Of a stretch of 64,000 nucleotides of DNA, positions 49,923 to 62,276 are shown piece after piece. Position 1 is the stretch's first letter. Every line of letters begins with the position of its first letter. A program made the translations under genes and the position numbers. The notes beneath the pieces were generated by a model. The model saw only the letters and a list, made by a program, of their open reading frames with translations. It did not search any database and was not told the DNA's origin. The DNA comes from Nitrospirota bacterium. Lineage in GTDB: Bacteria > Nitrospirota > UBA9217. Location: the NCBI GenBank assembly GCA_963845065.1, contig CAWJQQ010000009.1:544001-608000 (forward strand). The letters run 5' to 3'.

Positions 49923-51821
49923 TTAAAGTGTTAGTATGATTATAAAGGCGAGAAACACTACAGCGCCTAATGCAATTCCCATCGCATACCACCTTAAATT
50001 CCCTGTTTGCGTTTTGCTCAAGACACCATGGACCGTACGATTAAAGTACGCTATCCTCGTATATCCCAAATCAATAAAGTCATTTTTATTAATCCTTGCA
50101 ATCCTGAGGAATGGATTGATCAAAAGCTTTTCGTAAAGCCAATCGAAACCCCAGCCTGAAAACCAGAACCTTCTCAGAGCGGTACCAGCAGCGGAGTGCG
50201 CGAGCTTCTCAGCCAAATGTGGACTGCGAAAAAAGTAGAGATAAGCGATACAAACTCCCGCAAGTGACACGAACGCGGTTACGAGCTGGAGCAGGAGTTC
50301 AGTTCCTGCTTCGGCATGTTGAGCAATCTGTTCATGAAACACTGGTTGCATAAAGCGAGAGAACAGAGGCGAGTTGCCAAGCGTATCGGGAAGCTCGACG
50401 AACCCTCCAATGATCGATAAAACAGCAAGAATCACAAGCGGCGCGACCATTCTTGCGCCCGGTCGATGGCTCGTTTCTTTTTTTGCTTGACCGAAGAATG
50501 TGATAAATACCACGCGGAAAGTATAAATAGAAGTAATGAAGGCGCCCAGCAGCCCTGCTGCCCACAATGCAACACTGCCGGAAGAAGAAGACCATGCCTG
50601 CCACAGGATCAGGTCTTTACTGTAGAAACCCGCGGTCACGAGGGGCAGTGCAGAGAGCGAAGCCGAACCGATGAGAAATGTCCAGAAGGTTGAAGGCAGC
50701 TTGCTGCGCAGGCCACCCATCTTGAAGATGTTATGCTCCCCATGCTGGGCAAGGATTACGACACCTGCGCCAAGGAACAGGAGCGCCTTGAAGAATGCAT
50801 GGGTCATGAAGTGGAACATGGCAGCAGACCACGCTCCAACTCCGAGAGCCAGGAACATGTAACCGATCTGACTGATCGTGGAATAGGCGAGAACCCGCTT
50901 GATATCGTTTTGGACAATGGCGCTGAAACCGGCTATGAGAAGCGTTGCTGCGCCGATCACAGCTACTGCATTCTGCACCGGAGGTGCAAGTTCGAAGAGT
51001 ACATGGGTACGAGCGATCAAGTAAACACCAGCCGTTACCATGGTTGCGGCATGGATCAAGGCGCTGACTGGTGTCGGGCCTGCCATGGCGTCGGGCAGCC
51101 AAACCTGGAGAGGCAGCTGTGCGGACTTGCCGAGTGCTCCTCCCAATAGCAACGCCGCTGCAAGGATAGCGGTTTCCGACCCGACGGACCACTTTGTAGA
51201 CGCTGTCAACATCAGTTCCTGTATGTTGAGTGTTCCCAGGTTGGTGAAGAGCAAAAATAGCCCGATGGCCAGTGCCGTGTCGCCGATGCGGGTCACGATG
51301 AAGGCCTTGCGCGCAGCGCGACCGTTCACAGGATCGCTGTACCAGAAGCCGATCAAGAGATAGCTGCAAAGCCCGACACCCTCCCATCCGAGATACAGAA
51401 ACACAAGATTGTCGGCAAGCACGAGGATGAGCATGGCGCTAACGAACAGGTTCATGTATGCAAAAAACCTGCTGTACCCTTCATCTTCGAACATATATTC
51501 AGCCGAGTACACGTGGATCAGGAATCCAACGATGGTAATCACAAGTACCATGACCAGCGAGAGCGGATCAAGGGAGAACGAGATTGATGGTGAATATCCA
51601 TCGAATTGCATCCAATTCCAGAGCGTCTGAGTGAAGGGACGCCCGCTCGGCGATGTCGTAATGAAACGATAGCCGATTAACAGGGCTATGAGCGCCGAAA
51701 GTCCTACTGAGCCAGCGCCGACAAGAGCAATGACGCTCTTGGGCAAACGGCGGCCTGTCAATGCCAGGATGATAAATCCGGCAAAGGGCAGGGCTGGTAT
51801 GAGAAAGAGAAAATCGTTCAT
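49923..51821 (-). CDS. nuoL: NADH-quinone oxidoreductase subunit L
   Basis: GWEGVG, GKSAQLPL.WLPDAMAGPTPVSALIHAATMV, HAFFKA. Confidence 0.97.
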   Translation of the reverse strand: MNDFLFLIPALPFAGFIILALTGRRLPKSVIALVGAGSVGLSALIALLIGYRFITTSPSGRPFTQTLWNWMQFDGYSPSISFSLDPLSLVMVLVITIVGFLIHVYSAEYMFEDEGYSRFFAYMNLFVSAMLILVLADNLVFLYLGWEGVGLCSYLLIGFWYSDPVNGRAARKAFIVTRIGDTALAIGLFLLFTNLGTLNIQELMLTASTKWSVGSETAILAAALLLGGALGKSAQLPLQVWLPDAMAGPTPVSALIHAATMVTAGVYLIARTHVLFELAPPVQNAVAVIGAATLLIAGFSAIVQNDIKRVLAYSTISQIGYMFLALGVGAWSAAMFHFMTHAFFKALLFLGAGVVILAQHGEHNIFKMGGLRSKLPSTFWTFLIGSASLSALPLVTAGFYSKDLILWQAWSSSSGSVALWAAGLLGAFITSIYTFRVVFITFFGQAKKETSHRPGARMVAPLVILAVLSIIGGFVELPDTLGNSPLFSRFMQPVFHEQIAQHAEAGTELLLQLVTAFVSLAGVCIAYLYFFRSPHLAEKLAHSAAGTALRRFWFSGWGFDWLYEKLLINPFLRIARINKNDFIDLGYTRIAYFNRTVHGVLSKTQTGNLRWYAMGIALGAVVFLAFIIILTL

Positions 51822-51839
51822 AGCTCAGTGTGAAGACAA

Positions 51840-52151
51840 CTATCCTCTCATTGTGTTCAAAGCATCTGCATCCAGAGTCTTGAAACTGTGATGAAGCTGA
51901 AGCACAAGCGCAAGCCCGACTGACACCTCTGCTGCGGCCATGGTCAGAATAAAAATAAACATCACCTGGCCGTCGACCTGCCCCCATCGTGCGCCGGCGA
52001 CAACGAAAGCAAGGCCAACTGCATTCAGCATTACCTCAACGGACATAAGCATGAATACGATGTTTCTTCGAACGAGAACGCCGATCAAGCCGAGTACAAA
52101 GAGGACCGCACTCAGGATGAGGCCGTGCTCCATGGGGATATTTACAATCAT
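51840..52151 (-). CDS. nuoK: NADH-quinone oxidoreductase subunit K
   Basis: [36 protein letters not shown] before 52151. Confidence 0.95.
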   Translation of the reverse strand: MIVNIPMEHGLILSAVLFVLGLIGVLVRRNIVFMLMSVEVMLNAVGLAFVVAGARWGQVDGQVMFIFILTMAAAEVSVGLALVLQLHHSFKTLDADALNTMRG

Positions 52152-52180
52152 GGGTACTCCTTCAATGCCACGTGGCAATG

Positions 52181-52675
52181 TCAATGTTTATGTGGCCTGC
52201 CGAGGTGATAAGCTCCGATGAGTCCTGCTAGAAGCAGCATTGATGCCAGCTCAACACCGAGGACATAAGGACCGAAGAGAGCAATGCCAACTTGTTTTGG
52301 CCCGATGAGGCTAGGCGTATAAAGCCTTATACGATCTGTCGTAAATATATAGATGAGCTCCGCAGCTAGTATTGCGATCAGGACAGATGGTCCTATCCAC
52401 ATTCCCGGATTAAGCCACTGAGATTCCTGTTTTGCCGCTTGCGTGCCGAGGTTTAGCATCATGATTACGAATACAAAAAGCACCATTATTGCTCCAGCGT
52501 AGATGATCACTTCAAGCGCGGAAACAAAAGGTGCACCCAATGAAAAGAAAATAAGTGATACCGCCAGCAAGGAAACAATCAGGTACAAGAGCGCATGCAC
52601 CGTGCTTTTCCTGGTAATGACCATGAAGGTCGAGACTACAGCAACGATGGCTGCTATGTAGAATAGAAGATCCAT
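52181..52675 (-). CDS. nuoJ: NADH-quinone oxidoreductase subunit J
   Basis: [33 protein letters not shown]. Confidence 0.95.
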   Translation of the reverse strand: MDLLFYIAAIVAVVSTFMVITRKSTVHALLYLIVSLLAVSLIFFSLGAPFVSALEVIIYAGAIMVLFVFVIMMLNLGTQAAKQESQWLNPGMWIGPSVLIAILAAELIYIFTTDRIRLYTPSLIGPKQVGIALFGPYVLGVELASMLLLAGLIGAYHLGRPHKH

Positions 52676-52776
52676 AAATCCTTTTCTGTTACAGGGGCTC
52701 AGAAACACTGCGGGTGAAAATCGAAAGTCTGGGTCAAGACATTTGTCAGCGTCTCAGTATCTCCGTGGTGGACTTT

Positions 52777-53292
52777 CTACGGCATCAGGTTTTTTACATC
52801 AATTGGTTTCTCTTCATTTTCCGCCTCGCCCTTATCCTTTCCCTTAATAGAAAGTCCGGCGACACGATAGAAGTTGTACTCATGGTATTTACCCGGTCCA
52901 CTTATAAGCAGGTCTTCCTTTTCATAGATCAGATTTTGCCTTTTGTACTCTCCCATCTCGAAATCAGTGGTGAGCTGGATCGCGTAGGTCGGGCAGGCTT
53001 CTTCGCAGTACCCGCAGAATATGCAACGCGAGAAGTTAATCCGAAAAAACTCCGGGTACCTTCTGCCGTGCTCGTCCTCCGTAGACTGAAGCGAGATGCA
53101 GTCAACCGGGCAGGCCACAGCACAGAGGTAGCACGCCACACAGCGCTCTTCTCCGTCAGGATCACGCGAGAGGATGATCCGTCCACGCCAGCGGGGAGGG
53201 ATGTAGGGTCTTTCCTCAGGATAGAGGATCGTTACCCGTTTGCGGAACATGGTAACGAAGACCGTCCAGATTGTTTTGAGTAAACTGAACAT
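52777..53292 (-). CDS. nuoI: NADH-quinone oxidoreductase subunit I
   Basis: Two CxxCxxCxxxCP motifs; YPEE, RWRGR. Confidence 0.97.
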   Translation of the reverse strand: MFSLLKTIWTVFVTMFRKRVTILYPEERPYIPPRWRGRIILSRDPDGEERCVACYLCAVACPVDCISLQSTEDEHGRRYPEFFRINFSRCIFCGYCEEACPTYAIQLTTDFEMGEYKRQNLIYEKEDLLISGPGKYHEYNFYRVAGLSIKGKDKGEAENEEKPIDVKNLMP

Positions 53293-53396
53293 TTAGCCTC
53301 TTTTTTGACGCTGAAGAAGCGAATATAAGTTGTGATTTTCACGGACAATGATGTTTTCATCCGCTCTTATCATCGCCTTTTCAGGCCAATCCTAGT

Positions 53397-54353
53397 CTAA
53401 GATTTTCTTAATAAAATAACCGCCCCTGTAACAAGCAAATTTGCCAGTGAAAGCGGCAGCATAACCTTCCATCCGAACGTCATAAGCTGGTCATACCGCG
53501 GCCGGGGTAGCGATGCCCGGAGCAGAATGAAGAAGCTTATAAAAATGAATGTTTTAATCAGGAACCACGCGAGCGGAGGCAGTACCGGGCCCATCCACCC
53601 GCCGAAGAACAGCGTTACGGTCAAGGCCGATATGAGCGCGATGCCGAGATACTCTCCCACGAAGAACATGCCAAACTTCATTCCCGAGTACTCCGAGTGG
53701 TAACCGGCCACTAGCTCGCTTTCCGCCTCAGGAAGATCGAAGGGAAGGCGATGCGTTTCCGCAATGCCGGCTATAAAAAAAATTACAAAACCGACAAATT
53801 GCGGTATTACGAACCACATATTTCGCTGTGCTTCGACAATCTCTCGCAAATTGAAAGAGCCGGCAAGCATAACGACGCCCATAAGCGATAGCCCCATGAA
53901 AACTTCGTAAGAGAGCATTTGCGCCGATGCCCGGAGACCGCCGAGGAGAGAATACTTGCTGCTCGATGCCCATCCTGCCAAAGCTACGCTATAAACTCCG
54001 AGGGACGACATGGCTAGGAAGAGCAGCAGTCCAATGTTCAGGTCAACGACCTCGATACCCGGTGCAAAAGGAATGATGGTGTACGACATCAGTACAACCA
54101 CGACGATTACTGCCGGAGCGATGATGAACACGGCCTTGTCGGCAAAGGGCGGGATCCAATCCTCCTTGGTAATAACTTTAACCATGTCAGCCAAGACCTG
54201 CAGAAGGCCAAACGGTCCCACGCGGTTCGGTCCGTAACGGTCCTGCCACAGACCGAGCAACCTGCGCTCGAGCCAGATTAGCATTCCGCCGATTGTCAGT
54301 ACGACGAAAAGAATGCCGAAGAGAATAATGAGTTGTACTATGAACGGTGACAT
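53397..54353 (-). CDS. nuoH: NADH-quinone oxidoreductase subunit H
   Basis: [26 protein letters not shown]...EYSG. Confidence 0.97.
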   Translation of the reverse strand: MSPFIVQLIILFGILFVVLTIGGMLIWLERRLLGLWQDRYGPNRVGPFGLLQVLADMVKVITKEDWIPPFADKAVFIIAPAVIVVVVLMSYTIIPFAPGIEVVDLNIGLLLFLAMSSLGVYSVALAGWASSSKYSLLGGLRASAQMLSYEVFMGLSLMGVVMLAGSFNLREIVEAQRNMWFVIPQFVGFVIFFIAGIAETHRLPFDLPEAESELVAGYHSEYSGMKFGMFFVGEYLGIALISALTVTLFFGGWMGPVLPPLAWFLIKTFIFISFFILLRASLPRPRYDQLMTFGWKVMLPLSLANLLVTGAVILLRKS

Positions 54354-54357
54354 ACGA

Positions 54358-57066
54358 TCATACCTTAACGATTTTACAATATGTTAAATTGATGCCTGAA
54401 AAAACGGGAAGGCTTGTGTAGAGTCCTGCAGTGCCTTCGGCGATTTCCGGTTTGATTTTTACTTCGAACCTATGTTTATCTTCGGCGATCGATAATTCTA
54501 TCATCTCACCATCCGAAACATTCAGTCGAGTGGAATCGGCAGAATTTAGTGCGACGAAGGGTTTTTCCGCTCGCTCGGCAATGCCAGGAGATAAAATGCT
54601 CAATTCTTCAGAGCCAAAAATATCGTAGAGTGGGACCATGAGCCACTCACCTTTTTTCGGAGTAAAAATATTGGGGATTTTCAAATAATAGGATGTAACC
54701 TCCTCGATTGACGGTTCTATTAATCGTTTTCCCGGGTCTCCGCCGTGGAGGATACCGCCGACCTCCTGTTGGAACTTGTTCAGCGCTTGGACTGAATTCC
54801 ACCCAGGTGACCAGTAACGGGAGATGAGCGGTGCAGGAGGCTGGCTTTCGTAGCCTTCCATCGAGAAGGACAGGGGTGTATCCGGATCATCGGGCGGCTT
54901 GGGTTCATGTACAGTGATGTTTGCAAGCATGGCTGTCCTGCCGCTGTAGCGGTGCGGCTGGCGGGGAATCTTCTGACCCGCTATTCTAAAATCAGCGGTT
55001 GGTGCAATGTCCTGAAGTGGCTTGAGGATAGGTAGTGCTGATAACATCCCCTGAGTAATATCATCGAGATTATCCCATTGTACAGCACCGCCCTGACCTG
55101 ACGTATTGATTATATCACGAACCCATTTCCAGCTTTCCTGAATATCATGATTCGGCATGAATACCTGATAATGTCTCTGTACGCGGCCTTCATTGTTTAC
55201 GAGGGATCCATCGGATTCGGCAAAGGTCCCTGCCGGAAGAACAATATCCGCCTTTGATGAAGTAGCGTTGATCAGATGATCGAGGTCGATAATGTTTTTT
55301 GCTTTGCTCAGGAATTGATCGACTGCCTTCTGGTCTGCCCTGCGAAAAAGATCGTTTTCGAGAATGATGACCGTATCAGCCAGTTCGTCCCGGATGATTT
55401 TGAATGCATCATCCAGAGGCTTCCCGTTCATAAGTCCAAGACCGATGGTGTTGCATTCAGAAACTGCGAAGCAGAGTCCAGACGCTTTCCCGCCTTCGCA
55501 GAGTGCCCAAGCAATGTTTGTAGCTGCCTGGACTATTGCCTCGCTGCCAAGGCTTGTCCCTGAAATGATGAGAGGATTTTTCGCATTCTTAAGTGTTTGG
55601 GCCATTTCGCATGCCAATATGAGATCCCCATCGTGCAGATTTGGTACTGAGGGTGATCTCGGGTTCAACTCATGAGCAACAGCAAATCCGAGCCTGGAGA
55701 TAGTATCAGGGGCGGCATGGTAGGTTTTCGTCGCAATAGCATCCAGTTTCGTGCCGGACGCTGATGCAATAAAAAGTGGGCCGGTCTCATTCTGAGTTGC
55801 GTTCCGCACGGCATTGTCGTCCCAGGAAGGGATACGCATCGTATCCGTTTGCTCTTTAGGCTTGTTACGCACAGACTGGCGTAATGCCAAGTCGAGCAGG
55901 GGTGCTGTATTCGTAAGATCTTCACCCAGGACGAGCACCGCATCTGCCTGTTCAATATCGTGAAGTGATGGGGTGCGTGCAGGGCCTTTTTGAAGGATGT
56001 CGACTATAAGTGAAATAATTTTATGCTCTTTTGAGAGCATACCTGAGTAGAAGTAGTCAGGGCCAACGAGTGTTCGTAGCGCAAAGTTAGCTTCGAGCGA
56101 CGCGCGGGGTGATCCGATGCCGATTAGGCCATTGCTGTTGGAAAGGATGTTACCAATGTATTTAATGGCTGTTTCTTTTTCTATCGGTTTTTGCCCTGTT
56201 TGCCCGGATTCCCGAGAGAGGGGTTTTCTGATCCTGCGTCCGCTGTTCACAAATTCATACCCGAACCGTCCTCGGTCGCAGAGGAAGTAGCCGTTCACCT
56301 CATGATTGTAGCGATTTAGTATTCTGCGAAGCGTGCCATACCGCTCGCCAGGTATCGTATTGCAGCCGAGGCTGCAATGTACGCAGATCGATGGCGCGGT
56401 CTGGAGGTCCCACTTGCGTGTGTAGTGCTTCTTGAGCGTTTTGTCCGTGAATACTCCAGTGGGGCATATTTCGACGAGATTCCCGCTGAACTCGCTCTCG
56501 AGCATGCCATCTTCGTGCCTGCCGAAATACACGTGGTCGTGTGATGCAAAGACGTTGAGGTCTCGGCACCCGGCATAGTCCCGGTAGAACCTGACGCAGC
56601 GGTAACAAGCGATGCAGCGATTCATTTCGTGGTTAATGAAGGGGCCGAGGTCCTGGTTCCGGTGAGTGCGCTTTTTAAAGCGCGTTCTGCGGTAATTGTG
56701 GCCGGTCATGACCGTCACGTCCTGGAGGTGGCACTCGCCGCCTTCATCGCAGACAGGACAGTCATGGGGATGGTTGATCATGAGCCATTCGATAACGCTC
56801 GCACGGAAGGCTTTCGCATCAGGATCATCGATTGATATGCGCAGTCCCTCAGAAACAGGCGTCATACAAGACATGACTATCCTGCCGCGTGCATCCTTGT
56901 CGTCCTTAAACTGCTTGACTGCGCACTGGCGGCAGGCACCCACGGAATGCATGGCAGGATGCCAGCAGAAGTAGGGGAGGTTGAAACCAAGTGTCAGACA
57001 GGCCTGCAGGAGGTTCTGGCCTTCCTTTACTCGGTACGGTTTGTTGTCAATGAAAATGGTAAGCAT
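54358..57066 (-). CDS. nuoG: NADH-quinone oxidoreductase subunit G (E. coli-like, with N7 motif)
   Basis: [40 protein letters not shown]...C. Confidence 0.96.
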   Translation of the reverse strand: MLTIFIDNKPYRVKEGQNLLQACLTLGFNLPYFCWHPAMHSVGACRQCAVKQFKDDKDARGRIVMSCMTPVSEGLRISIDDPDAKAFRASVIEWLMINHPHDCPVCDEGGECHLQDVTVMTGHNYRRTRFKKRTHRNQDLGPFINHEMNRCIACYRCVRFYRDYAGCRDLNVFASHDHVYFGRHEDGMLESEFSGNLVEICPTGVFTDKTLKKHYTRKWDLQTAPSICVHCSLGCNTIPGERYGTLRRILNRYNHEVNGYFLCDRGRFGYEFVNSGRRIRKPLSRESGQTGQKPIEKETAIKYIGNILSNSNGLIGIGSPRASLEANFALRTLVGPDYFYSGMLSKEHKIISLIVDILQKGPARTPSLHDIEQADAVLVLGEDLTNTAPLLDLALRQSVRNKPKEQTDTMRIPSWDDNAVRNATQNETGPLFIASASGTKLDAIATKTYHAAPDTISRLGFAVAHELNPRSPSVPNLHDGDLILACEMAQTLKNAKNPLIISGTSLGSEAIVQAATNIAWALCEGGKASGLCFAVSECNTIGLGLMNGKPLDDAFKIIRDELADTVIILENDLFRRADQKAVDQFLSKAKNIIDLDHLINATSSKADIVLPAGTFAESDGSLVNNEGRVQRHYQVFMPNHDIQESWKWVRDIINTSGQGGAVQWDNLDDITQGMLSALPILKPLQDIAPTADFRIAGQKIPRQPHRYSGRTAMLANITVHEPKPPDDPDTPLSFSMEGYESQPPAPLISRYWSPGWNSVQALNKFQQEVGGILHGGDPGKRLIEPSIEEVTSYYLKIPNIFTPKKGEWLMVPLYDIFGSEELSILSPGIAERAEKPFVALNSADSTRLNVSDGEMIELSIAEDKHRFEVKIKPEIAEGTAGLYTSLPVFSGINLTYCKIVKV

Positions 57067-57125
57067 AAAAAACCTTTGTCAGCATAGATGGCGATGAATT
57101 GAGGAAAACTAATTTGTAAATCCAG

Positions 57126-58421
57126 TCACTTTTGCTGTCCTGTCTGCATATTAATCCAGGGACATTTTTTCTCCCGTATATGTTTCTCAAAATCTTCACG
57201 GAAATACATTATTGCACTTTGAAGCGGCTCTACGGCACCGGGTGCAAAGGCGCAGTATGTGTTGCCCGGGCCGAGCAGTTTACAATGTTGTGCGAGAATG
57301 TCGATATCACCAGGCTGGCCGGTGCCTTCTTCGATTGATCTAAGGATTTTTTCGAGCCACGGTAATCCATCGCGGCATGGAGTGCACCAGCCGCAGGATT
57401 CACGAGCAAAAAATTTAATGAGGCTGTGAACGAACCCGACTGGACAAGTCTTATCGTCGAGTACGATCATGGTTCCGGTGCCTAGTCGGCTGCCCGCTTT
57501 CATCACTGAATCGAAATCCATTTTAATATCAAGATGATCTCTCACGAGGAAATCAGTGGATGCGCCGCCTGGTATCACGCCTCGGAAATCGTATCCGTCT
57601 TGCATGCCGCCTGCATATACTTCCAACAATTCCCGTACTGTTATGCCCATGGGAAGCTCCCAGATGGCAGGTTTTTTTACTCGTCCGCTCACACCATAAA
57701 GCTTGGTTCCAGCGTCAGGACTCTTGCTCAGACCTTTAAACCAGTTCGCACCGTTGTTTATGATATGCGGGATATTCGAGACCGTTTCAACATTGTTCAC
57801 GATCGTAGGGTTGCCGAAAAGCCCCGAAACCTGGGGGAAGGGCGGCTTCGCGCGGGGCGTAGCACGTCTGCCCTCAAGCGCGTTTAAGAGAGCTGTTTCC
57901 TCGCCGCAGATGTAGCGGCCGGCGCTTCCGTGGAGCCGTAGTTCAAGGTTGTAGCTTGATCCGAGTATGTTTTTCCCGAGATAGTTGTGTGCATACGCTT
58001 CTGTGATCGCCTGTTCAAGCATCCTGATTGCGTACTTATAAGCCCACCTGATGAAAATGTAAGCCTGTTCCGCATCAATTGCATAGGCACTCGCGATCAC
58101 TCCTTCGATGAGTTGGTGGGGATTGCCTTCCAGCAGCAACCGGTCCTTAAACGTACCAGGTTCCATCTCATCGGCATTAACGATAAAGTACTTGGGACGC
58201 CGGGCTTCGGGTCCCATTGGCACAAAGCTCCACTTGATGCCGGTAGGGAACCCGGCTCCGCCGCGACCACGGAGGGTCGACGCCTTGACGATATTCTGAA
58301 CGTCCTGTGGCGACATTGCGAGCGCTGCGCGCACGGACTGGTAGCCGCCTGCTTTCTCGTAATCCTTCAGTGAAAGAGGCTCATGGCCCGGGCGTATGTT
58401 TTTCGTGAGCGGTTGCTCCAT
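57126..58421 (-). CDS. nuoF: NADH-quinone oxidoreductase subunit F
   Basis: GRGGAGFPTG, NADEMEPG, YICGEETAL, ESCGWCTPCR. Confidence 0.97.
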   Translation of the reverse strand: MEQPLTKNIRPGHEPLSLKDYEKAGGYQSVRAALAMSPQDVQNIVKASTLRGRGGAGFPTGIKWSFVPMGPEARRPKYFIVNADEMEPGTFKDRLLLEGNPHQLIEGVIASAYAIDAEQAYIFIRWAYKYAIRMLEQAITEAYAHNYLGKNILGSSYNLELRLHGSAGRYICGEETALLNALEGRRATPRAKPPFPQVSGLFGNPTIVNNVETVSNIPHIINNGANWFKGLSKSPDAGTKLYGVSGRVKKPAIWELPMGITVRELLEVYAGGMQDGYDFRGVIPGGASTDFLVRDHLDIKMDFDSVMKAGSRLGTGTMIVLDDKTCPVGFVHSLIKFFARESCGWCTPCRDGLPWLEKILRSIEEGTGQPGDIDILAQHCKLLGPGNTYCAFAPGAVEPLQSAIMYFREDFEKHIREKKCPWINMQTGQQK

Positions 58422-58534
58422 GTTATTTATACCTTTGACATGAGGAAAATGGACAAGGGCTATGATTTACACTGTTCAGAAATGACCACTGTTCCGCCTC
58501 TCATGGGTGTTTATCCGTACAGATCCTTCGCAAA

Positions 58535-58999
58535 TTATTCATATTTATTTAATATATCGTCCATAGATTCCGCTGTTACCGGACCATACAAATCATCATC
58601 CATCATCACAGCAGGCGCACGGTCGCAAGCGCCAAGGCAGGAAATCGGCAGCAAAGTGAATCGTTTGTCGGGAGTTGTTTCGCCGAAGGTGATGTCGAGT
58701 TTTCTTTTTAAGATATCAAGAAGGGGATTATAGCCAATGACCCAGCACGAGATACTGTCGCAAATGAGGATAATATGCCGCCCTACAGGGCGCCGGAAAA
58801 TGAAGCTGTAAAACGTTGCCACGGCGTCCAGTTCATCTGTCATCATGTCGAGCACAGCGGCAACGTCTTTGACTGCCTCGTCGGATACCCATCCACGGTT
58901 TCGTTGTATGATATTCAGCGCCTCAACGGAAGCGGAGGTTTTTGACGCGGCATGGGCTAACTTGATGTTGATTTCTTTTATTTCTTTTTCGCTTAACAA
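58535..58999 (-). CDS. nuoE: NADH-quinone oxidoreductase subunit E (TTG start)
   Basis: VATFY, CDSISC, CLGACD. Confidence 0.95.
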   Translation of the reverse strand: MLSEKEIKEINIKLAHAASKTSASVEALNIIQRNRGWVSDEAVKDVAAVLDMMTDELDAVATFYSFIFRRPVGRHIILICDSISCWVIGYNPLLDILKRKLDITFGETTPDKRFTLLPISCLGACDRAPAVMMDDDLYGPVTAESMDDILNKYE

Positions 59000-59093
59000 A
59001 AGAACCTCAATAAGGTGCTAGGAAGTCACCAAAATTCAAAGAATCTATTCCCTAGAGAATTTAAACCTCGCGCCTTTGTGACAGGTTTTCGGT

Positions 59094-60842
59094 TTACCTG
59101 TCTAAATCCGCCAGAATGAAATCAATGCTTCCTATGATCGCTAAAAGATCGGCGATCATGAGTCCCCGTGATATCTGCGGTACCATCTGGAGGTGAGGGA
59201 ACGAAGGGGTCCGGATGCGGGTCCGGTACGACACCGTGCTTCCGTCACTCACGAGATAATACCCGTTGTTTCCTTTTGTCGCTTCAATCCCCATGAACGC
59301 TTCGCCTGCAGGGATCACCGGACCCCAACTGACACTCAGAAAATGGTTGATTAGCGTCTCGATGTCGTACATGGTTCGCTCTTTTCGCGGCGGCGTTGCG
59401 AGCGGATGGTCTGATTTGTACTTGCCTTCTGGCATGTTGTTCACGCACTGCTCTATGATGCGCAGGCTCTGGCGGATCTCTTCTACTCGGACCACTCCGC
59501 GGTCGTAACAGTCACCATGAACAGCAATCGGGATGTCAAATTCGAAATTATCGTAACCCGAGTAAGGGCGTTTTTTCCGAAAATCCCACTCATAGCCGCA
59601 GGCGCGCAGACCCGGGCCGGTCACACCCCATTCGATGGCTTCATCTAGCCCGTATTTACCGACACCGACAGTCCGTGCTTTGAATATCCGGTTCTGCATC
59701 ACGATGGAATCATATTGTTTAAGCCGGGAGGGGAGGTATTTTAAGAAATTTCTCACGAGACAATCCCATCCCTTAGGCAGATCCTGTGCCACGCCTCCAA
59801 TCCTGAACCATTCGGGATGCATGCGCCCACCACAGATTGCTTCGATTATGTCAAAAATGCGCTCTCGGTCAGTGAACATATAGAAGACAGGGGAGAGTGC
59901 ACCTACGTCCTGGGCAAACGTGCCATACCAGACAAGGTGGCTCGCGATGCGGAAGAGTTCTGCCAGCATCACGCGGATGATTTTTGCCCTATCCGGAACA
60001 TCGATGCCAGCAAGCTTCTCGACAGCAAGAACATAGGCGAAGTTGTTCATGGCACCGCCCATATAATCGATGCGGTCAGTGTAGGGGATGTAAGTATGCC
60101 AGGACTGGCGTTCTGCCATCTTTTCAGCACCGCGATGATGATACCCGATATCGAGTACGGCATCCTTGATTGTTTCACCGTCGAGCTGGAGGATGAATCG
60201 GATTAGGCCGTGCGTGCCGGGATGTTGGGGGCCGAGGTTCAGGAACATAAAGTCCGTATCCTCGGTCTCGCGTTGCATGCCCCAGTCTTCAGGATTGAAC
60301 TGGAGTGCCAGCTGTTCAGACTCTTCCTTTTCATCGGGAAGCCGAAAGGGACCCATTTCAGTTGCACGAGCGGGATGATCTTTCCTGAGGGGATGCCCTT
60401 TCCAGGTCGGCGGCATCAATATCCTCTTAAGGTGGGGGTGGCCATCAAATCGGATTCCGAACATGTCCCAGACTTCGCGCTCATACCAATTCGCTGATTG
60501 CCAGAGACCCGTGATAGTGGGGAGCGATGGTGAATCGCCTTTGAGTGGGACCTTTATTCTGATATCATCGTTGCGTTCATAAGATAGAAGATGGTAAACA
60601 ACCGTTAAGTCACTTTCAGGCTGATCCGGCCTATGGTTCCGAACGCGTTCGTCGATAGCTGTGAGATCGTAGAGCGTTTTATAAGGGTTATTAACGGTAC
60701 TCTTGAGGTGACGTAGCACGTCCTGCGCCCGTTCTGGGGAAACCCAGAGAGTAGGAATATTATCTCGGGTAGGCTGGATAGTGAGAATCGCTTCGCCGAA
60801 GGTGTTTTTTACATCGTCGATTATTGAGTTATCTACAGTCAT
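59094..60842 (-). CDS. nuoC: NADH-quinone oxidoreductase fused subunit C/D
   Basis: [41 protein letters not shown]-terminus; 582 aa. Confidence 0.96.
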   Translation of the reverse strand: MTVDNSIIDDVKNTFGEAILTIQPTRDNIPTLWVSPERAQDVLRHLKSTVNNPYKTLYDLTAIDERVRNHRPDQPESDLTVVYHLLSYERNDDIRIKVPLKGDSPSLPTITGLWQSANWYEREVWDMFGIRFDGHPHLKRILMPPTWKGHPLRKDHPARATEMGPFRLPDEKEESEQLALQFNPEDWGMQRETEDTDFMFLNLGPQHPGTHGLIRFILQLDGETIKDAVLDIGYHHRGAEKMAERQSWHTYIPYTDRIDYMGGAMNNFAYVLAVEKLAGIDVPDRAKIIRVMLAELFRIASHLVWYGTFAQDVGALSPVFYMFTDRERIFDIIEAICGGRMHPEWFRIGGVAQDLPKGWDCLVRNFLKYLPSRLKQYDSIVMQNRIFKARTVGVGKYGLDEAIEWGVTGPGLRACGYEWDFRKKRPYSGYDNFEFDIPIAVHGDCYDRGVVRVEEIRQSLRIIEQCVNNMPEGKYKSDHPLATPPRKERTMYDIETLINHFLSVSWGPVIPAGEAFMGIEATKGNNGYYLVSDGSTVSYRTRIRTPSFPHLQMVPQISRGLMIADLLAIIGSIDFILADLDR

Positions 60843-60978
60843 AAAAGTGTATGCGTTATGCCACAGAAACTACGGCGTAGATATGAAAAATAAGAAACGT
60901 TTTACTGATAAGATGTCTAATGTTCTTCTGGCCTTCGTTTTTTTTATTCTCTGTTCTCTTGGTGGCTACAAGGTTTGT

Positions 60979-61593
60979 TCAAACTTCATCCGGCGGCCGA
61001 AGGATCGTGGCCTTGCTGCGCTCTTCGCGCTTCAGGTCGCGCATGCACGGAACTTCAGGTCGTACAACGTTCTGGGAACCGGCGACCCAACTTATCGGAC
61101 GGCGTTCTTTGCCGACTTTGTCTCGGAGCATGAGGAGTCCTTCCATGAAGGCATCGGGTCGGGGAGGGCATCCAGGCACGTACACGTCTACAGGAAGGAA
61201 TTTATCTACTCCCTGGACCACGCTATAGATATCGTACATACCGCCGGAGTTCGCGCAGGAGCCCATAGAGATGACCCAACGTGGTGCCATCATCTGCTCA
61301 TAGAGACGTTTGATTACCGGCGCCATTTTGATGAACACCGTGCCGGCAATAATCATCATGTCAGCTTCGCGCGGGGTACCGCGCATCACTTCGGCACCGA
61401 ATCGCGCGATGTCATACTTGCTTGTTAGGCTCGTTGCCATTTCGACGTAGCAACACGAGAGGCCGAAGTTGAAAGGCCAGATTGAATTCTTCCGTCCCCA
61501 GGCTAACATGTCCTGGAGACGGGCGAGGAACAGGCTTTCACGAACGGCGTCTTCTACGGAATCGTGTTCTGGTTTAGTAAAAGAATAGTTCAT
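60979..61593 (-). CDS. nuoB: NADH-quinone oxidoreductase subunit B
   Basis: [26 protein letters not shown]. Confidence 0.97.
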   Translation of the reverse strand: MNYSFTKPEHDSVEDAVRESLFLARLQDMLAWGRKNSIWPFNFGLSCCYVEMATSLTSKYDIARFGAEVMRGTPREADMMIIAGTVFIKMAPVIKRLYEQMMAPRWVISMGSCANSGGMYDIYSVVQGVDKFLPVDVYVPGCPPRPDAFMEGLLMLRDKVGKERRPISWVAGSQNVVRPEVPCMRDLKREERSKATILRPPDEV

Positions 61594-61669
61594 AGTTTTG
61601 AGTTCGGAGAGAAATACTTCTCAGTTCGTGGTCCAAAGTATAAACAGTTTCGCGCCGCATAAAGAGGAA

Positions 61670-62089
61670 TCACTTTGGACTTTGGGCATTGAGCTTTGAA
61701 CTGGTTTTTATGAACGCTCCCCATTCCAGCGCGCCGAGCTTCCATATATATACTAGCGCAGCTGTCAGAATACTGATGAAGATCAACATCTCAACGTAGC
61801 CCAACCAGCCGGTCTCGCGAACAGTTACGGCCCAAGCAAAAATAAATACCGCCTCAAGATCGAAGATAACAAAGAACATGGCTATGAGATAGAATTTGAT
61901 ATCAAAACGGACGCGCGCGGTGCCGGTGGATGCGATTCCGGACTCATAGGGTTCGTTGGTCTGGTTTTCTCGGTGGCGCTCGCCGAGAACGTAAGAGAGC
62001 GCGATCATGGATATGACGATGATTACGACGGCGGCGAAGTATACTCCAAGCGGCCAGAGAGCGGTTGCGGTGGCAATTTGCCCGGTCAT
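61670..62089 (-). CDS. nuoA: NADH-quinone oxidoreductase subunit A
   Basis: PYESGI, KFYLIAMFFVIFDLE, GALEW. Confidence 0.96.
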   Translation of the reverse strand: MTGQIATATALWPLGVYFAAVVIIVISMIALSYVLGERHRENQTNEPYESGIASTGTARVRFDIKFYLIAMFFVIFDLEAVFIFAWAVTVRETGWLGYVEMLIFISILTAALVYIWKLGALEWGAFIKTSSKLNAQSPK

Positions 62090-62238
62090 ATTAAAAGAAT
62101 ATCACAGGGGGGATGAAAGTCAAGCTTAGACCAGCAATACAGCCGATTAAGGAGTATGCTGTAAATTAGGAGAGGAGCATAAATGATCGAAATGCAGGTT
62201 GCTATCCATCATGAATATAATACAGCGGCTACTTAAGC

Positions 62239-62266
62239 AAAAAGGGCGGGGCATCACTGCCCCGCC
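62239..62266 (-). terminator. Intrinsic terminator after the cytochrome gene
   Basis: GGCGGGGCA-tcac-TGCCCCGCC; T-run on the minus strand. Confidence 0.8.
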
Positions 62267-62276
62267 TGCTGATTTC

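Noticed and set aside
60781..61428. Long antisense ORFs over nuoB and other genes (also 13617-14267, 38651-39241, 43436-44080, 52714-53283)
   Set aside because: Shadow frames of well-supported genes on the opposite strand, with no motifs.
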